From an uncultured Acidobacteriota bacterium (GTDB taxonomy: Bacteria; Acidobacteriota; Thermoanaerobaculia; UBA5066), in NCBI GenBank assembly GCA_963779415.1, contig CAVZYA010000001.1:992001-1056000 (forward strand): DNA of 64,000 nucleotides. Direction: 5' to 3'. The notes under the pieces were generated by a model. It ran no database searches, was not told the DNA's origin, and saw only the letters and a list, made by a program, of their open reading frames with translations. How positions within the stretch are numbered: the stretch's first letter is position 1; each line of letters begins with the position of its first letter. The translations under genes were made by a program, and so were the position numbers. Below, piece after piece: positions 63,199-64,000 of the stretch.

Positions 63199-64000
63199 TC
63201 AGGCCTTCGAGGCCGGCATCGCGCGGTCGTGCGCCCAGCTCTTGATCGCCTTGAGCTGCTCGTCCATCGTCTTCGAGAGCGGGACGCTCGCGCTGATGAT
63301 CCGCGAGAGGTCGTCCTCCGTCATCGGCCTCCCCTCGTTGTAGGCGTCCACCGCGGCCGACTGGACGATCGACTCGATCTCGGCCCCGTTGAAGCCGACG
63401 GTGGCCTTGGCGAGAAACACGATGTCGAACTTGTTCAGGTTCACGCCGCGCTTCTTCAGGTGGACCGCGAAGATGGACTTTCGCTCGGTCTCCGTCGGCA
63501 GGTCGATGAAGAAGACCTGGTCGAAACGCCCCTTGCGGATCACCTCGGCCGGAAGGAGGTGAATCCGGTTCGCCGTCGCGGCGACGAAGACGAGGGCGTT
63601 CTTCTCCTGCATCCACGTGAGGAACGTCGAGAAGATCCGGCCGAGCGACGCGTCGCCGCTCCCCGCCTCGCGCCCCGAGGTGATCGCCATCTCGAGCTCG
63701 TCGATCCAGAGGACGGCCGGGGCCATCGCCTCCACGGACTTCAGGGCGCGGTGGAACGTCGCCTCGGGATTCTCCGTCCCGAAGACGAGGTTCATGTCGA
63801 GACGGAAGAGGGGAAGGTTCCAGAGCGCCGAGATCGCCTTGACGGAGAGCGACTTTCCGCACCCCGACATCCCCATCATGAGGATTCCCTTCGGCACCGG
63901 GAGGCCGGCGTCCAGGGCCTCCTTCGTGAAGAGGGAGCGCCTCTTCGTCAGCCATTCCTTGAGGTTCTCGAGGCCGCCGATGTCGTCGATCGTGAAGCGG
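63199..64000 (-). CDS. AAA ATPase, Ycf46-like (C-terminal part; starts outside window)
   Basis: IGGLENLKEWL, GMSGCGKS, LWIDE, ATAN, RKGRFD. Confidence 0.9.
   Translation of the reverse strand, partial: RFTIDDIGGLENLKEWLTKRRSLFTKEALDAGLPVPKGILMMGMSGCGKSLSVKAISALWNLPLFRLDMNLVFGTENPEATFHRALKSVEAMAPAVLWIDELEMAITSGREAGSGDASLGRIFSTFLTWMQEKNALVFVAATANRIHLLPAEVIRKGRFDQVFFIDLPTETERKSIFAVHLKKRGVNLNKFDIVFLAKATVGFNGAEIESIVQSAAVDAYNEGRPMTEDDLSRIISASVPLSKTMDEQLKAIKSWAHDRAMPASKA

Overview
High-GC (roughly 70%) bacterial chromosome segment, mostly housekeeping and metabolic genes. Gene content and order suggest Acidobacteriota, possibly Thermoanaerobaculia-like (inference only). It carries a beta-oxidation operon with a TetR and a Bacillus-FadR-type operator, a BMP-family ABC transporter, an ECF sigma/anti-sigma/Spy locus, arnT plus a Kdo-kinase-like gene, uvrB and PBP1A. 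It also holds a MASE2 hybrid kinase-RsbW-RsbV-patatin-REC/PP2C signalling operon, the TPR-lipoprotein-ispE-tRNA(Gln)-prs-rplY-pth-rpsF-rpsR-rplI cluster, an isobutyryl-CoA-mutase-like gene, the asd-lysC-dapBAD-lysA operon and a 2-oxoacid dehydrogenase/lipAB cluster. Many single-base frameshifts (dense at 46.9-51.2 kb) look like long-read consensus errors. No transposase, integrase, prophage, rRNA or CRISPR array was seen. The most unusual signals are non-genic. First, a dispersed AT-rich motif of about 17 bp (TTCYTAGAAGGTGAAGA) recurs singly and as inverted pairs, often in frame inside variable protein loops. Second, a multi-branched palindromic element of about 165 bp sits in frame in an ABC ATPase linker. 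Third, an unannotated leaderless Thr/Ile/Lys-rich leader-peptide attenuator precedes the lysine operon. All motif matching was done by eye.
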